From Eledone cirrhosa (taxonomy: Eukaryota), in NCBI GenBank assembly GCA_964016885.1, contig OZ024743.1, forward strand, positions 68,262,001-68,326,000: a stretch of DNA of 64,000 nucleotides, written 5' to 3'. The translations under genes were made by a program, and so were the position numbers. This document shows positions 1 to 12,964 of the stretch, in pieces. The notes beneath the pieces were generated by a model. That model did not search any database, was not told the DNA's origin, and worked only from the letters and a program-made list of their open reading frames with translations. Within the stretch, counting starts at the first letter, position 1. Every line of letters begins with the position of its first letter.

Positions 1-1228
1 CCTGCTGAACTGGTCATTGCAAGAACTAAGTGAGATGGATGTTAGAACTCGCAAACTTCTCAGTGTTACTTGGAACTTTAACATCAATGGTGATGAGGAT
101 AGGCTATACTTCTCACGCAAGGAAGGTGGCCGGGGTCTAAAATCCATATTAACATCATATGAGACCCGGATAGTAACACTGAAACAACATCTTCAACAGA
201 GGAAAATGGTTCGCAACCATCTTGCCCAGGTTTATGAGCATGAAAAAAAAAATATCATTAGAATTGCCACTGATCTGGAGGAGAGATATGGAATAAAGCC
301 TGATATAAATCTCTCACCCAGAGAAATCGGAAGATCCTATTCAATGTTCAAACAAAATGAAAAAATTGACCAATTTACAGAAAAAGTTGTTCATGGATAC
401 TTGAGACGTAAAACACAGACCATAGAGGGTATAAACCACTCAAAAAGCCTGGCATGGAGTTCCGACAAGTTTATGACATCACACCTTGAGGGATAACTCT
501 ATGCAATACAGGAACAAGAACTTCCTACCAAATATCTGCTGCATAAAAGAGGAGGGCCAGCAGCTGACAATAAATGTAGGCTATGTAAAACAAAGATCGA
601 GGATGTAAGCCACATTGTTGCCAGCTGCGAAAGAATGTCATCTCGCTACTACCTCCCCATGAGACACGATGGGATAGCTAGAACCATCTGGAACGCACTT
701 CGGAAAACAAAATTAACAACAAACGAGGAAGAATATATTGAGACAGATGGCACTAAGGAATACGGGTGGAACCTGAAAATAAAAACTGCCACTAAATTAA
801 AGCACGGCCGGCCTGATATTGTTGTTTGGGACCACACATTGAAAACGTATTCTGTTGTGGAGATCAGCTGCCCACTTGATGTAAAAGTTGTCAGAAAAAT
901 ACAGGAGAAGGAGGACATCTACGGATCATTGATGAGGAGTTTACAAATCCAGTATCCAAGATACACATTTAGCTTCATACCCATCATTATTGGAGCTACG
1001 GGTTATATACCAACCCGCTTGGACCAATGTATAACTGAACTTGGATTTGCGGACAAAGAGTGCAGCTCCCTAGTTCATAGTCTACAAATGACTGCGATAG
1101 CTGGCACCTTCAATATTTGCAAAACATTCTTGCGATTCAAGGGATGACAATTTCTTTTCTTTTACAACCTTGACACCAGGAAGGTGGCCGATCAAAAAAA
1201 TATACTCGAAATTAAGAGAAAGAGATAA
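1..1228 (+). mobile_element. 3' part of an R4/Dong-clade non-LTR retrotransposon (RT C-terminus, CCHC finger, restriction-like endonuclease); one in-frame stop
   Basis: ORFs 17-496 and 635-1147 are in the same frame, separated by TAA at 494-496. Motifs: RLYFSRKEGGRGL, AIQEQ, CRLC...SHIVASC and RPDIVVWD...VVEISCP (PD-(D/E)xK-type). A short 3' UTR is followed by a (TACA)n tract at 1229-1303. Confidence 0.9.
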
Positions 1229-1274
1229 CATACATACATACATACAAACATACATACATACATACATACATACA

Positions 1275-1305
<31 letters not shown>

Positions 1306-1659
1306 TTGATTGATGGTTGGAACTCTATTTCGAAAAATGCTATCACTTGATATTAAGCATGAGCATCATAGAAGTTGTTTTTTAGTCCTGTTAAGGACAT
1401 TCCTATGGCCAGCAATACCATTCATCGCTAAAAATGTCAATTATTAAGCGATGTCTCTCCATGCTTTTTTAAGTGATAAAAGGATTTGCACGGAGCCAGT
1501 CCCACTCTCTAAACATCGAATGCATTTTCGCCAAAAGAAGAACTGGTCTACATCGTTGGATGCAAACGAACTCGCAGGATTTATATCAAACTGACCTTCT
1601 CCTAGAGAGATGTCTTAATGAATACAAGGAGTCTCACGCTCCTTAAAAAAAATGTACAT

Positions 1660-1980
1660 ATATGTACAGTATATCTAGGGCGGGTAAAATTCCCGAGATC
1701 CATGGACGAGTTCTCTCCAGCGATCTATGTCCCTCATTATCGCTGCCATCTCCTGCGTCTCCAACAGACCAGTGTCTGTCCTTAGGGCATCAACATACGT
1801 TAACCTTGGTCTTATTCTTCCAGTGTGTCCATGTAGGGGCTCCCACAGGAGCACTGAGTGTAAAGTCAACTCTGGATGTCGGTGAGCATGTCCAGCTAAC
1901 CTCAGTCTCCTCTGTGTCACTTTTGGGCTGACTTTTGGAAGGCTCCCATACAGCTCTGAGTTTTTCATCCTCAGTGTAAA
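1660..1980 (-). mobile_element. 5'-truncated RTE-type LINE 3' end
   Basis: Translation LYGSLPKVS..VTQRRLRLAGHAHRHPE...VLLWEP.HG..GR.RPRLTYVD.L..D...MRD.DRWR matches the RTE-like ORF C-terminus. Confidence 0.75.
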
Positions 1981-3754
1981 CTGATTAATGTTATATGTAT
2001 ATACACACATTCATAAATATATATACATATATACGTACATAAATTCATACATACATACACTTATACGTCCATTCATAAAATCATACACATATACACCCTT
2101 CATACATACATACATACATACATACATACATACATACATACATACATACATACATACATACATGATGGCTGCCCGCTCGTTTTCGAATATGGCCATTGCA
2201 GGTTATACCATTATTAATAAATATTAATTAATTCTATCGCGCAATGCCCGCGCGTTAAGTTATTTTTAAATTTAGGAAAGACTGTGCCCTGAGCCAATGC
2301 CACTCTCTGAGCGACAGTAGCTATAACCCGAAAAGAAGAAAAGATCAACATCATCGGTAACTACTGAGCCACAGGTTTTATATCGGTGTTATCCCAGTTT
2401 CCTGATTTGACTTCTCCTAGAAGAATGCCCTGACAAAGGTTAGGGGTCCTTCACTCCCAGTGGTTTAACTACGCGGTACATGTATATATACATATTTACA
2501 CACTTTAAACATAAAAGAGTCTCGCAGTTAATATTTCAATCTGTGATCATCTCGGCTCTAAATGCTCATTTGACTACATTACGAACTTGACGGGCTCGTG
2601 GCACTAAATGAGAATGGTTTTTAATTGGGATGAATATGAAAATATGCTTATGAACAATAAAACTAGCGTCTCGTGATGAACATTTTAAGTTGTGATCATG
2701 TCATATCTATACAAGTAATTAGGGAGACCGCCAAGTCGTCGTTTCTAGAATTGTGCACATCATTGTTCACATTTAAGCCCCCGGCAGAGACGGAATTTGG
2801 CTGATGTACTTAGGTGTCAAAATTAAGACTTTCTTTTGAAATAATTTGAATGTTTGTATCGATAGTGATGGTGGTGGCGACAGAGTAGAAAATCAGCCAT
2901 ACTCACTAACCAGAACGATTTCTCAACATCCCTTTTTCTTGACCATTATCTTTTGGTTGGCAAAAAACTCTCTCTGACAAATCATGTGACTGTGAAAACG
3001 GCTACAAAGAAACCCCAAATATGAACTGGCGGGAAATTTAATGTACTTATTCACGTGACAGTCAACAACAACCAAGTTAATTTTTTAAAATACCTAGCAT
3101 TTTGAGCCACTTAAACAGAAGTAATATTCGAACACCAACCAGATGCAAGAAAAACCACAAACTCTCCATCTCAATTCTACTTTCGAAAAGCATAAGACAT
3201 GTGAAACCGGTAAAGGTTCCAAATACATATTCTTAAAAAGACTCCGGTTATATTTTCGATTTCTCTTCCTTATATATATCCAAAATAAAGATAAATCAAA
3301 TGAAATTAATCTAAATCAAAATTATGGGTGTCATGCCAGAAAGACATGCGCCATATCACCCGTAAAATAAGCTCTAAGATTCTAACGAGTAGGTCTGACC
3401 ATTTTGTAATAACTAGAGATTGATTAACATATAAATAAACATGAATAATCACAGGAGATAATTGTTACAAGTGTGTAACCACACATAGCTAGGTAGATAA
3501 CTAAATAAAGTTCACCAGAACTTCAAAAATAGATACCTTATAATATGATTAATCATATTATAAGGTATCTATTTTCGTAGAACTTTGAGGTAGTTGATGG
3601 TCAACTTCCTTCGGACTAGCGCCTGCGCAGACCGGTGGGAGTGAATTGGGACTCATAAGGGAACGGGCCAAGGATTCAAGAGCACACGCTTTGTCCGTTC
3701 CCCTGTCGATTTCAATTTGGATTGCCTCAGAAACCTAACCTTATTATGTAAGAA

Positions 3755-3829
3755 GCTGTCTGATGATGTCACGGCACTGGGTACACCGAAGCGTGTGGCC
3801 ACTGTCGTCATTGAAATATGTATCACAGC
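3755..3829 (+). ncRNA. Type I hammerhead ribozyme motif with extended stem II
   Basis: GCTGT-CTGATGA-[~46-nt hairpin ACGGCA.TGG..ACAC/GTGT..CCA.TGTCGT]-GAAA-TATGTA-TC-ACAGC. Stem I is GCTGT/ACAGC, cleavage triplet AUC. Confidence 0.75.
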
Positions 3830-3889
3830 CTTATCATTTAAGGACTTTAACATCTGAAACTACTTCACTTTTTCTTATATATATATATA

Positions 3890-4567
3890 TAGTAATAATA
3901 ATAAATTTGAAGACTAAAATCCAAAGAGGGCTCGATAAGGATAAATATATATCAAATATATAAGAACCGTAGAGCAAATATTTATTAAAATAACAGATTA
4001 AAGTTTAAGCAAAGAATCGCTGGTTTCACCCTTAACGGGGTCTTCTGAAACTAACAAAGTCAATCTGTAAACGCAGAAGTGGATATTTCAAAAAACGTTG
4101 CAACCGGAGGAAGACAGGAAGACGATACTTTGGTTCGTGGAAACGTTCCTCTTCACAAAACATACAGGTAATATATACTTACCTATGCAAATAAGTAATG
4201 GTATAAACATAAAATATACTTAGCTACCACATCAAGACGTAAAATATCCACGTATAGATCGTACTATCCGTTAGTGTATAATGTTGATCTATACGTGGAT
4301 ATTTTACGTCTTGATGTGGTAGCTAAGTATGTGTTATGTTTATACCATTACTTATTTGCATAGGTATGTATATATTACCTGTATGTTTTGTGAAGGGAAC
4401 ATTTCAACGAACCAAAGTATCGTCTTCCTGTCTTTCTTCGGTTGCAACGTTTTTTGAAATATCTACTTCTGCGTTTACAGATTGACTTTGTTAGTTTCAG
4501 AAGATCCCGTTAAGGGTGAAAGCAGCGATTCTTTGCTTAATCTTTAATCTGTTATTTTAATAAATAT
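3890..4567. mobile_element. Fold-back element: ~280-bp inverted arms (3978-4260 / 4286-4567) with a one-sided ~85-bp tail on the left
   Basis: The arms are near reverse complements around a 25-bp spacer. The same terminus (TTAAAATAACAGATT.AAGTTTAAGCAAAGAATCGCTG) recurs at ~23005 and ~52860/53285. Flanked by (TA)n. Confidence 0.8.
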
Positions 4568-4585
4568 ATATATACATATATATAT

Positions 4586-5268
<683 letters not shown>

Positions 5269-5633
5269 ATGTATATTATATATACATAAATATATATATA
5301 TAGTATATATAAATATATTATATATAATATATATTTAAATATTTATATGTTATATATATATATTATATATCTACAATGATGTGTGTATGTGTGTAGATTG
5401 CGTGCGCGCGTGTATCTGTTTCTATGTGTATCAGAGGTGTGGTTTTTCTAAGCCGTAGTCAATATAATCAATCATATTACTAATTGCTGTCGAATTATTC
5501 CGTAATAATATATTCCTCTGTAAAACAAATGGACACAGAAACATATGGATACACACATACATACACACACTCGCACACATCCTCACTTACACATACACAC
5601 ATTCACACACACACACACGCACACGCACACACG

Positions 5634-5710
<77 letters not shown>

Positions 5711-5756
5711 AAATATTTATATATATATTTATATATATATATATATATATATATAA

Positions 5757-6333
5757 TATGTAACCTATGTGCAACAACGCAGTATTCCTCTAACTTCGTT
5801 TTTCATATATATTTACCTAGACTGCGATTATCTGTTTCTCTCTTTCTCTCTTACTGCTCCCCCGTTCTCTCTGTTTCTCTTACCTCCTTTCGCCCCCTCT
5901 GTCAGTTATACTTTCTCTGGACTGACCTCTTCCTCGCACTTCCACTCCCTCACTCTCTGTTTCTCCCCTTCTCACTTCCTCCCGTTCGTTAGTAGTGGGG
6001 TTCCTTCTTTCTCACACCTCATTCACGGCGTACGGTCTGTTTTTCTGACCGCTCATGAAATTCACCCAGGTTATACTGACCGGATAACCATGTTGCTTGT
6101 TTTTTTTCCTATATTTGATTTGCTTTTATCCCTCTATGTTGTTTACTTGTCTCACTCGCTTTACGCGACTCACTTGTCCCAATAGCTTATTTTAGTTATT
6201 GCTCGAACCAACCTGAGGTATCTGATTTTTAATGCGATGAAATACCAATGACGGTTGGCAAAATCACTGATGAGGGACTAATTTTATCATATTTAACCCA
6301 TGTGCAACCACGCAGTATTCCTCTAACCTTGTT

Positions 6334-6337
<4 letters not shown>
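5757..6337 (+). mobile_element. Partial-tandem (533-bp period) non-coding element, family A
   Basis: A ~50-bp direct repeat TGTGCAAC.ACGCAGTATTCCTCTAAC starts at 5768 and 6301. The body is pyrimidine-rich with (TA)n flanks. A second copy lies at ~60226-60660 on the minus strand. Confidence 0.75.
6208..6278 (+). ncRNA. Putative non-circularly permuted hammerhead-like RNA with kink-turn (family A)
   Basis: CCAACC-TGA-GGTA-TC-TGATTTT-TAATGCGAT-GAAA-TACC-AAT-GAC-GGTTGG-C-AAAATCA-CTGATGA. Helices: GGTA/TACC, TGATTTT/AAAATCA and CCAACC/GGTTGG. Confidence 0.6.
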
Positions 6338-6409
<72 letters not shown>

Positions 6410-6548
6410 TATATTTATCACACTCAAATATATACATGCTAATAAAAGTAATATATTTATTTGCATAGTAATGTTTCACAACCTTCACAACGTCTATCTA
6501 GCCACTCACTATTGTCATACCGGTGACATATTGGTCACGTTTTAAGCC

Positions 6549-6815
6549 ACGTGGCTTATGTCTAAGTCATTTGGCTCATGATCTTATAGTCACCACACTT
6601 TATTTCACTTTTCCTTGGTCAATGCTGTTGATACAAACGAGATGTACCTGTAATCCGAAAGACCAACTGAGTCACGCTGAATATTCCTGAGAACTAAGAT
6701 GAAGGTACACGTGTTTGTAGGTTGCTCAGTCACTAGCACGTTAATCCCATAAGAAGACTTGTTCCAGTGATCGTATCAACTAGAACACACGTCGTCGAAA
6801 CTGACGAGGAGTCAG
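6549..6815 (+). mobile_element. Degenerate tRNA-derived SINE (second family)
   Basis: Starts with a box-A-like CGTGGCTTA and contains the CACTTTATTTCAC motif shared with the SINE heads at ~44130 and ~60800. Confidence 0.45.
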
Positions 6816-7163
6816 TTTATTGCTCGTGTTTTTAGCAGATGTGGTAAGGGGCCTTAGAATGAGCTGGACACATAGACGACTGACTTCAAATTTATCTACA
6901 GTTAAAACATGGATGTTGCAATAGGTTTCACGTATGCTGTATGTGTCGGAACAATTTTAGTTTACATTCTGAGATTAGTAAATCTTCCATAGTTACTCAG
7001 ATTGTTTGTGGGGCTTTTCATATAAAATTATAGTGTTAACTACTTATGAAGTCATATTTAATATATTCTTTTTTATATATACTCTCTAAAAATAAGTGAA
7101 GGCTCCTTGCTGTAAGTGCAAGTTTGACCAATGGAAAAGTGATGTGCTTGTGATGTAAATATT

Positions 7164-7373
7164 GGTTTCTTATATAGGCACAAGGCCAGCAATTTTGGGG
7201 AAGGGGAAGTCGATTAAACGTCCCAAGTGCGTGACTGATACCTTATTTTATCGACCCCGGAAGGCTGAAAGGCAAAGTTAATCTCAGCGGGATCTGAACT
7301 CAGGTCACAAAGGGCCGTAACTCTATGCTGCAAAGCACGGCGCCCGACCCTCTAACGATACTGCCAATCCACT
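7164..7373 (-). mobile_element. tRNA-derived SINE (main family)
   Basis: Reverse complement of the family consensus GGATTGGCAG...GAGTTCA.ATCCCGC.GAG.TT.ACTTTGCCTTTCA.CCTT.CGGGGTCGATAAAATAA...TTGCTGGCCTTGTGCCTA. Confidence 0.8.
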
Positions 7374-7711
7374 ACTACGCTTCGACAAACGAGAGAATTT
7401 AAATGAGACGTGCTTAGATTCATGCTAATCCCATGATTCCGTACGACCACAAGAGATTCTGAGGATAATGCTATAAAGTCTCGAATTGTTAAAAAAACCC
7501 ATCGATTTTGGTTAGATATTATTGAAATCAGCCTAAAGAATTAATTATACTTTATATAAATTATAGGACGGGAGGAAAATCGTCTTTTCAATATAGTCCA
7601 GTCACCTCACCACACGCACACAGACACAACTACATATATACACAGACATACGCACACACATACACATCTATATATACATATACATATATACTGTATATAT
7701 TTATATATATG

Positions 7712-7783
<72 letters not shown>

Positions 7784-7798
7784 CAGTTTATATATATA

Positions 7799-7829
<31 letters not shown>

Positions 7830-8225
7830 CAGTATATATGTAGAGGGGTTCCCTATGTATATCGAGAGGTGGCCACCGTTAAACAAATTATTCAATAGTT
7901 TGTTAGGGTAAAGGGATATGGATTTTATTATAGAAATTACTTCCATAAATCTAGTCTCACAGAACTAGTTATATATACATATATTTAATATAGACAAGCT
8001 TCTACAGGACTAGAACTGTTATTATATATATATATATTTATATATATATATAAATATGTGTGTGTGTGTATATGTATATACATATATATGTAAATATAAT
8101 CTGAGTTTTTAGATTATTAATAATAACGTTCGATTCGTTTACAATTATGCAAACAAGCCTCAATTTTATAGCCATGTCAGTAGAATGAACCCTTCATTCT
8201 TGCACTTGTGTTGACATGGGAACAG

Positions 8226-8272
8226 AACAGCAGCCAGTAATGTTTCTGGGTATCACCCTTCATCAGTACAGC
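8226..8272 (-). ncRNA. Type I hammerhead, mutated copy (GUC to GGC)
   Basis: Minus strand: CTGTA-CTGATGA-AGGGTGATACCCA-GAAA-CATTACTG-GC-TGCTG. Confidence 0.6.
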
Positions 8273-8492
8273 TCACTGTTCACATGCCAACACAAGAGCA
8301 AGAAAGAATGGTTCATTCTACTGACATGGCTTTAAAATTGAGGCTTGTTTGCATAACTGCAAACGAATCGAATGTTATTATTAATATTCGAAAAACTCAG
8401 ATTACATTTATTGTATTCAGCCGTGGAGAGCGAACATTTTCTTTTTTATTTGAATTTTAGCAAAGCCGGCCATTTATCACTCGTATACAGGA

Positions 8493-8540
8493 AACTGTAC
8501 TGATGAAGGGTGATACCCATAAACATTAGTGTCTGCAGTT
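8493..8540 (+). ncRNA. Type I hammerhead, mutated copy (GAAA to TAAA)
   Basis: AACTGTA-CTGATGA-AGGGT GAT ACCCA-TAAA-CAT TA GTG-TC-TGCAGTT, with a 7-bp stem I and a GUC site. Confidence 0.7.
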
Positions 8541-8655
8541 CTGTTCACATGCCCACACAAGAGCAAGAATGAAGGGCTCATTCTACTGACATGGCTATAA
8601 AATTGAGGTATATTTGCATAATTGCAAACGACGAATCGAATGTTATTATTAATAT

Positions 8656-8833
8656 GGATTGGTAGTATCGGTAGAGGGTCGGACGCCATGCTTTCTAGCA
8701 TAGTTACGTCCCTTTACGATCTGAGTTCAAATCCCGCCGAGGTTGACTTTGCCTTTCATCCTTACGGGGTCGATAAAATAAAGTACCAGTGAGGCACTGG
8801 GTAGTTGCTGGCCTTGTGCCTAAAGTAGAAACA
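8656..8833 (+). mobile_element. tRNA-derived SINE (main family) with 11-bp TSD
   Basis: Box-B-like GAGTTCAAATCC and a central GCCTTTCATCCTTACGGGGTCGATAAA domain (MetaSINE-like, inferred). TSD ATTATTAATAT at 8645-8655 and 8834-8844. Confidence 0.85.
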
Positions 8834-8923
8834 ATTATTAATATTCGAAAAACTCAGATTCCATTTATTGTATTCGGCCATGTAGAGTGAAAATTTTCTC
8901 TTTTATTTTTTATCATATATATG

Positions 8924-9025
<102 letters not shown>

Positions 9026-9033
9026 TGTATATA

Positions 9034-9083
<50 letters not shown>

Positions 9084-9297
9084 GATAGATAGATTTCTTT
9101 ATTTACCATAAAGGCATACAAGGGGGGGGGGGGGGGTTACATACAATCGAGTAAAAAGGGTATAAAATGAAAATAATCGAAAACAACCTCAAAAGGGAGG
9201 GGACGTGATGGGGGTTGCACACAACCCCGAAAAAGTGTGCAATCCTTTGCCCGGGGAGCACATGGAGAACGTGCTCCCCTCTCCTTCACTCCTTTAC

Positions 9298-12200
9298 CTA
9301 CAGGATGGTATACAGAGAAGGCCCATTTACACGAGCCATTCTCGCCACTAACACCCACCTTTCATAAAACTGCCTGTGGCCAAGCACCTCTCTCTCCATT
9401 CTTATCCTTCTTCCGAAGTGATATCGGAAAAAGTAGCCCAGACTATGGCTAGAGAGGAAGTTGCCTGACCTCAGACCTTTCAATCGTGTCCACCAAACAA
9501 CCTCTTTCAACATGGCTATTACGCACAGAAAAACCGCCTTTGCTTCCTTTGTGAAGAGGGGAGGTGGTTTGATTGTCATCACGGACTCGGTGGTCAATCG
9601 AATCGGCGCCACCCGCGACAGCAGTCGTTCGGCGTAGCCCCACAGATAGGCCACGCCCGGACATTGCACCAATGAGTGCGCAACGGTTTCTTCGTGATGC
9701 ACGCATCTAGGGCAAATCTTTTTCGAGGGATCCCTGCCCGGGCGCCCGTATCTGTAGAGCCTCTCTCGAACGGGTAGAGCCCCCCGGTAGCACTGCCAGG
9801 CTAGTGACTTCTGGAAGTTGTCCATTGGTACCGGGCCGAAAGTCCTACCGAACAGGCTGGCCAGTTCGTCCTCTTCCATGTCCAGCGACTCTCCAAGAGT
9901 CTCATCGCCCCTGCTAGCCACCAGCCCTCTATAGAATGATGAGGTGGATTCTCCACCGATGGCCCGGCCGGCTTGCCAGAGAGCCCTGAGCGCCTGAGCA
10001 CACTCAGTATGCCAGTCTCCCAGTTTTCCGGATCTTTGCTTGACCCAGGACTGCAGCTCGGTGAGCGAGACGAGTCTCGGAAAGGCTCGTTTCACGAACG
10101 GAACCCACACCGGTTGACCAGTGAGGAATACCTGTAGGTGCCGTAGCCTAAATGCGTGCCTACGCATCATCAACCACGGCATCCCCAGCCCTCCTTTAGA
10201 AGGTTGTTGGCAGCAGATGGATCTTCTCACCATAGGAGGGCGCTTCTTCCAAAGAAATTGGAAGAGCATGCGTTCCATGGTGGTGAGTGTTTCCTTAGGG
10301 CAAGGCACGACAGTCAGGCGGTCGTAAGTGATGGACGCTATGTAAATGTTCGCCACCTCCGCCCGGCTTTTTAGGGACAGCTCACACTTGGCCCATTTCT
10401 GGGTTAGTGCAAACACCTTGTTCGTAACCTCGTCCCAGTTCTTTTCCACCTGGAGGTCCGGTCCAAACCAGACCCCAAGCAACTTTACCGGGCCCTCCGT
10501 CCAGTGCCCGACGACACCGTCGGGAGGCATCGGTCTGCCTCTCCACGTTCCGAGTTGCAGCCCGATGGATTTTTCCCGGTTCAGTTTCGCTCCTGACAAC
10601 CTTTCGCAATCCTCCAGTAAGGTACCGATCGCCTCGATCTCCGAGTTGGTCGATACCATTACTGTTACGTCATCGGCGTAGGCCGACACCGCTTTGCTCA
10701 ATCCTGGTTCCTGGGAGATACCCTGCAACAACTCCAACTTCCTCAGTAAAGGCTCGAGAGTCAATACGTACAGAAGGGAGGAGAGAGGGCACCCCTGTCG
10801 AATGGATCGTGTGATTTCGAACGGCTTCGAAAGGTAGCCGTTCACCTTGATCCTAGAACGGATGCGGTTGCTATGTAAGGCAGTGATCCAGCCTCTGAAA
10901 ACAGGACCGAACCCAGCCGCCGCTAGCACCGCATCCAGGTAACCATGGTCGACCCCATCGAAGGCCTTAGACTGATCCAAGTTGATCAGGACCCCACCGA
11001 AGCCGGGTTTGTTGCCAACCCTCTCTATGATGTATCGCATGAGGTGGAGGTTATCGTGTATGGACCTGGATGTGATAGCACATGTATGCGCATCTCCCAC
11101 CATGCTACTCACGACAAGCGCCAACCTCTTTGCTAACACCTTGGTCAAAATCTTTAACTCTGTGTTTATCAGGGTTATGGGCCGAAAATTATTTATACTA
11201 TCCCCCTTGTTCTCGTCCTTCCTCACCAGCGAGACTACGCCCTTGGCTAGAGAACAAGGAATTCTCCCGTTCTGCTGCCAATTGCAGTAGACCGCTTCGA
11301 GGAGTTCGGAGAAGAAGACCGGCATTGCTAAATAAAGTTCGTAAGGTATACCATCGAGACCTGGAGATTTGCGTCTGCTGCATTGGCTCAGCGCATCCCC
11401 GATCTCATCAGCCGAGATTAGTCCCTCGCAGGACTCTGCCTCTTCGCTCGAGAGACGCGGCAGGTCGTCGAGGTATGGACCGAAATCCACGTCCCCGCCC
11501 GGACCCTCGCCTCCCCCGAATAATCGGGCAAAGTGCCTTTGAAAGGCCTCGCACATCTGCTTAGGCTCCCGGATCACCCGTCCATCCTCGTCTTGCAACG
11601 ATCGGATGGTGGATTGATTTCCACTCCTAGCTTCTGTCACGCGGGCCCAGCCAACGGCTTTGGGCCCCTCATTACCTAGAGCACGTATTTTACTTCGAAT
11701 GACGCAGCCTTCGTGCTTTGCATCGAAAAACTGGTTCAAGGCCGTCCTCGATGCCAGCACTCTGGCCACATCTTCGCTCTTGATTGCCTCTTCTAATTTA
11801 CCTGTTAATTCTTTCTCGTTTCTATTCCTATCGGCAGCTAACATCTTGCTATAACTTATTGATTCTGTTCTAATCTCTCTTTTGAGAGATGCCCACCATC
11901 GGTTGTTGACGATTGCACCCGTCAACCTCTCCTTAACTAATCTGCTAATCCGGTTTCTGTAAGTCTCTTTTGCCGGTAAAGACAAATTAAGTTTCCAGTA
12001 ACCGGGACCCTGTTTATGTGTTATCTCGAGATTGACTACGCAGGTCACTAATTTGTGATCCGTATAGCCAACCGTGAGCATTTCTGGACAGCTTAATATG
12101 TCCCTATCCTTACTTCTAACTAAGAATCTATCTAAGTACGATCTAGATTGACCACTGTGGTTCTTCCAACTCCAGGTAGGTACAGTTGGAAAATCTAGTC

Positions 12201-12734
12201 GATATCTATCGACCAAGTTAAAACTGTCGAGTAACCCTTGAGGCTGATACACCCCCCTCTATTAGGACATGCTCCTGCATAGTCCCAACGTGCATCTAGG
12301 ATGTCATTCCAATCCCCCGCTAGAAGCAGGGAACGCGACGTTCCCAGAAAAGTCTCCAAACGCTGGAAGAAGTCGGGCCGTTCAGCTCCGAAAGTGGAGT
12401 AGACGGCGACCAGTCTTAAGGCCGCACCTTCACTACTGCCAACGTCTAGCACCAACAAACGTCCCTCCGGGTCCGAGTGAACAACCTGTACGGCGAGACC
12501 CAGGTGTTTTTCCAGCAGTACGACAAACCCACCCCCACCTCCAGGTTGACAGAGAGATGCATGCACCTCAAATTCATCGAAGGTAGGGGCCAGCTGCCGC
12601 ACGACGCTGATCCGAGTCTCACAGATAACCATTACATTTATACCACGTGACCTGAGGTCATTTAGAAGCTTTGCTTGCTTCCAAGTTGAGCCCAGGCCAC
12701 GTGCATTCAAACATCCTACTCTTAACACATCCAT
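9298..12734 (-). pseudogene. LINE ORF2: APE endonuclease, reverse transcriptase and C-terminal CCHC; one frameshift at ~12255
   Basis: Motifs: LNARGLG, ICETR, LLAGDWN, SYLDRFL, TDHKLV, KSPGLDG, FRPITLIN, LDQSKAFD, RQGCPLS, AYADD and CPRC...EETVAHSLVQC. Joins ORFs 12195-12809 and 9298-12252. Confidence 0.93.
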
Positions 12735-12964
12735 GTGGGCGGCAACGCCAAAGGAGAGTGTAGAGACGTACCTTTCTGCTTCCCGGGGTTCGGGTCGCAC
12801 GACTTCCATGGGGACGGGGGTGTTGGGTGAAGGGGTGTCTTGTGGTGGTGTGGGGTCGTCAGTGTGTGGTGGGGTTGGGGTGTTTGGAGTTGTGTTGGGG
12901 AGGGGAAGGGGAGGGGGAAAGCTTTTTAGTAGGACGCGGTTTATGGGTTTGACAGAGGGTGGTC

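Larger units (their letters stand above)
8097..8903. mobile_element. Penelope-pLTR-like non-coding element: inverted segment (8097-8272) plus 265-bp tandem units, interrupted by a SINE
   Basis: 8097-8225 is the reverse complement of 8277-8405. CTGTTCACATGCC recurs at 8276 and 8541. The unit resumes after the SINE at 8834. Confidence 0.8.

Noticed and set aside
4110-4155. Hammerhead-like GAAGA-CAGGAAGA-CGA..TCG-TG-GAAA-CGTT-CC-TCTTC in the large palindrome
   Set aside because: The core is not CUGANGA in either arm and stem I is not preserved in the opposite arm. At most it is a decayed motif.
6230-6242. Pistol or twister interpretation of the TAAAGCG linker in families A and B
   Set aside because: The other conserved elements and pairings of those ribozymes could not be placed. 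The CUGANGA, GAAA and UH strands with matching stems fit a hammerhead better.
6797-6819. GAAACTGACGAGGAGTCAGTTT containing CTGACGA
   Set aside because: It is a simple hairpin at a SINE 3' end, with no GAAA, UH or stems in hammerhead geometry.
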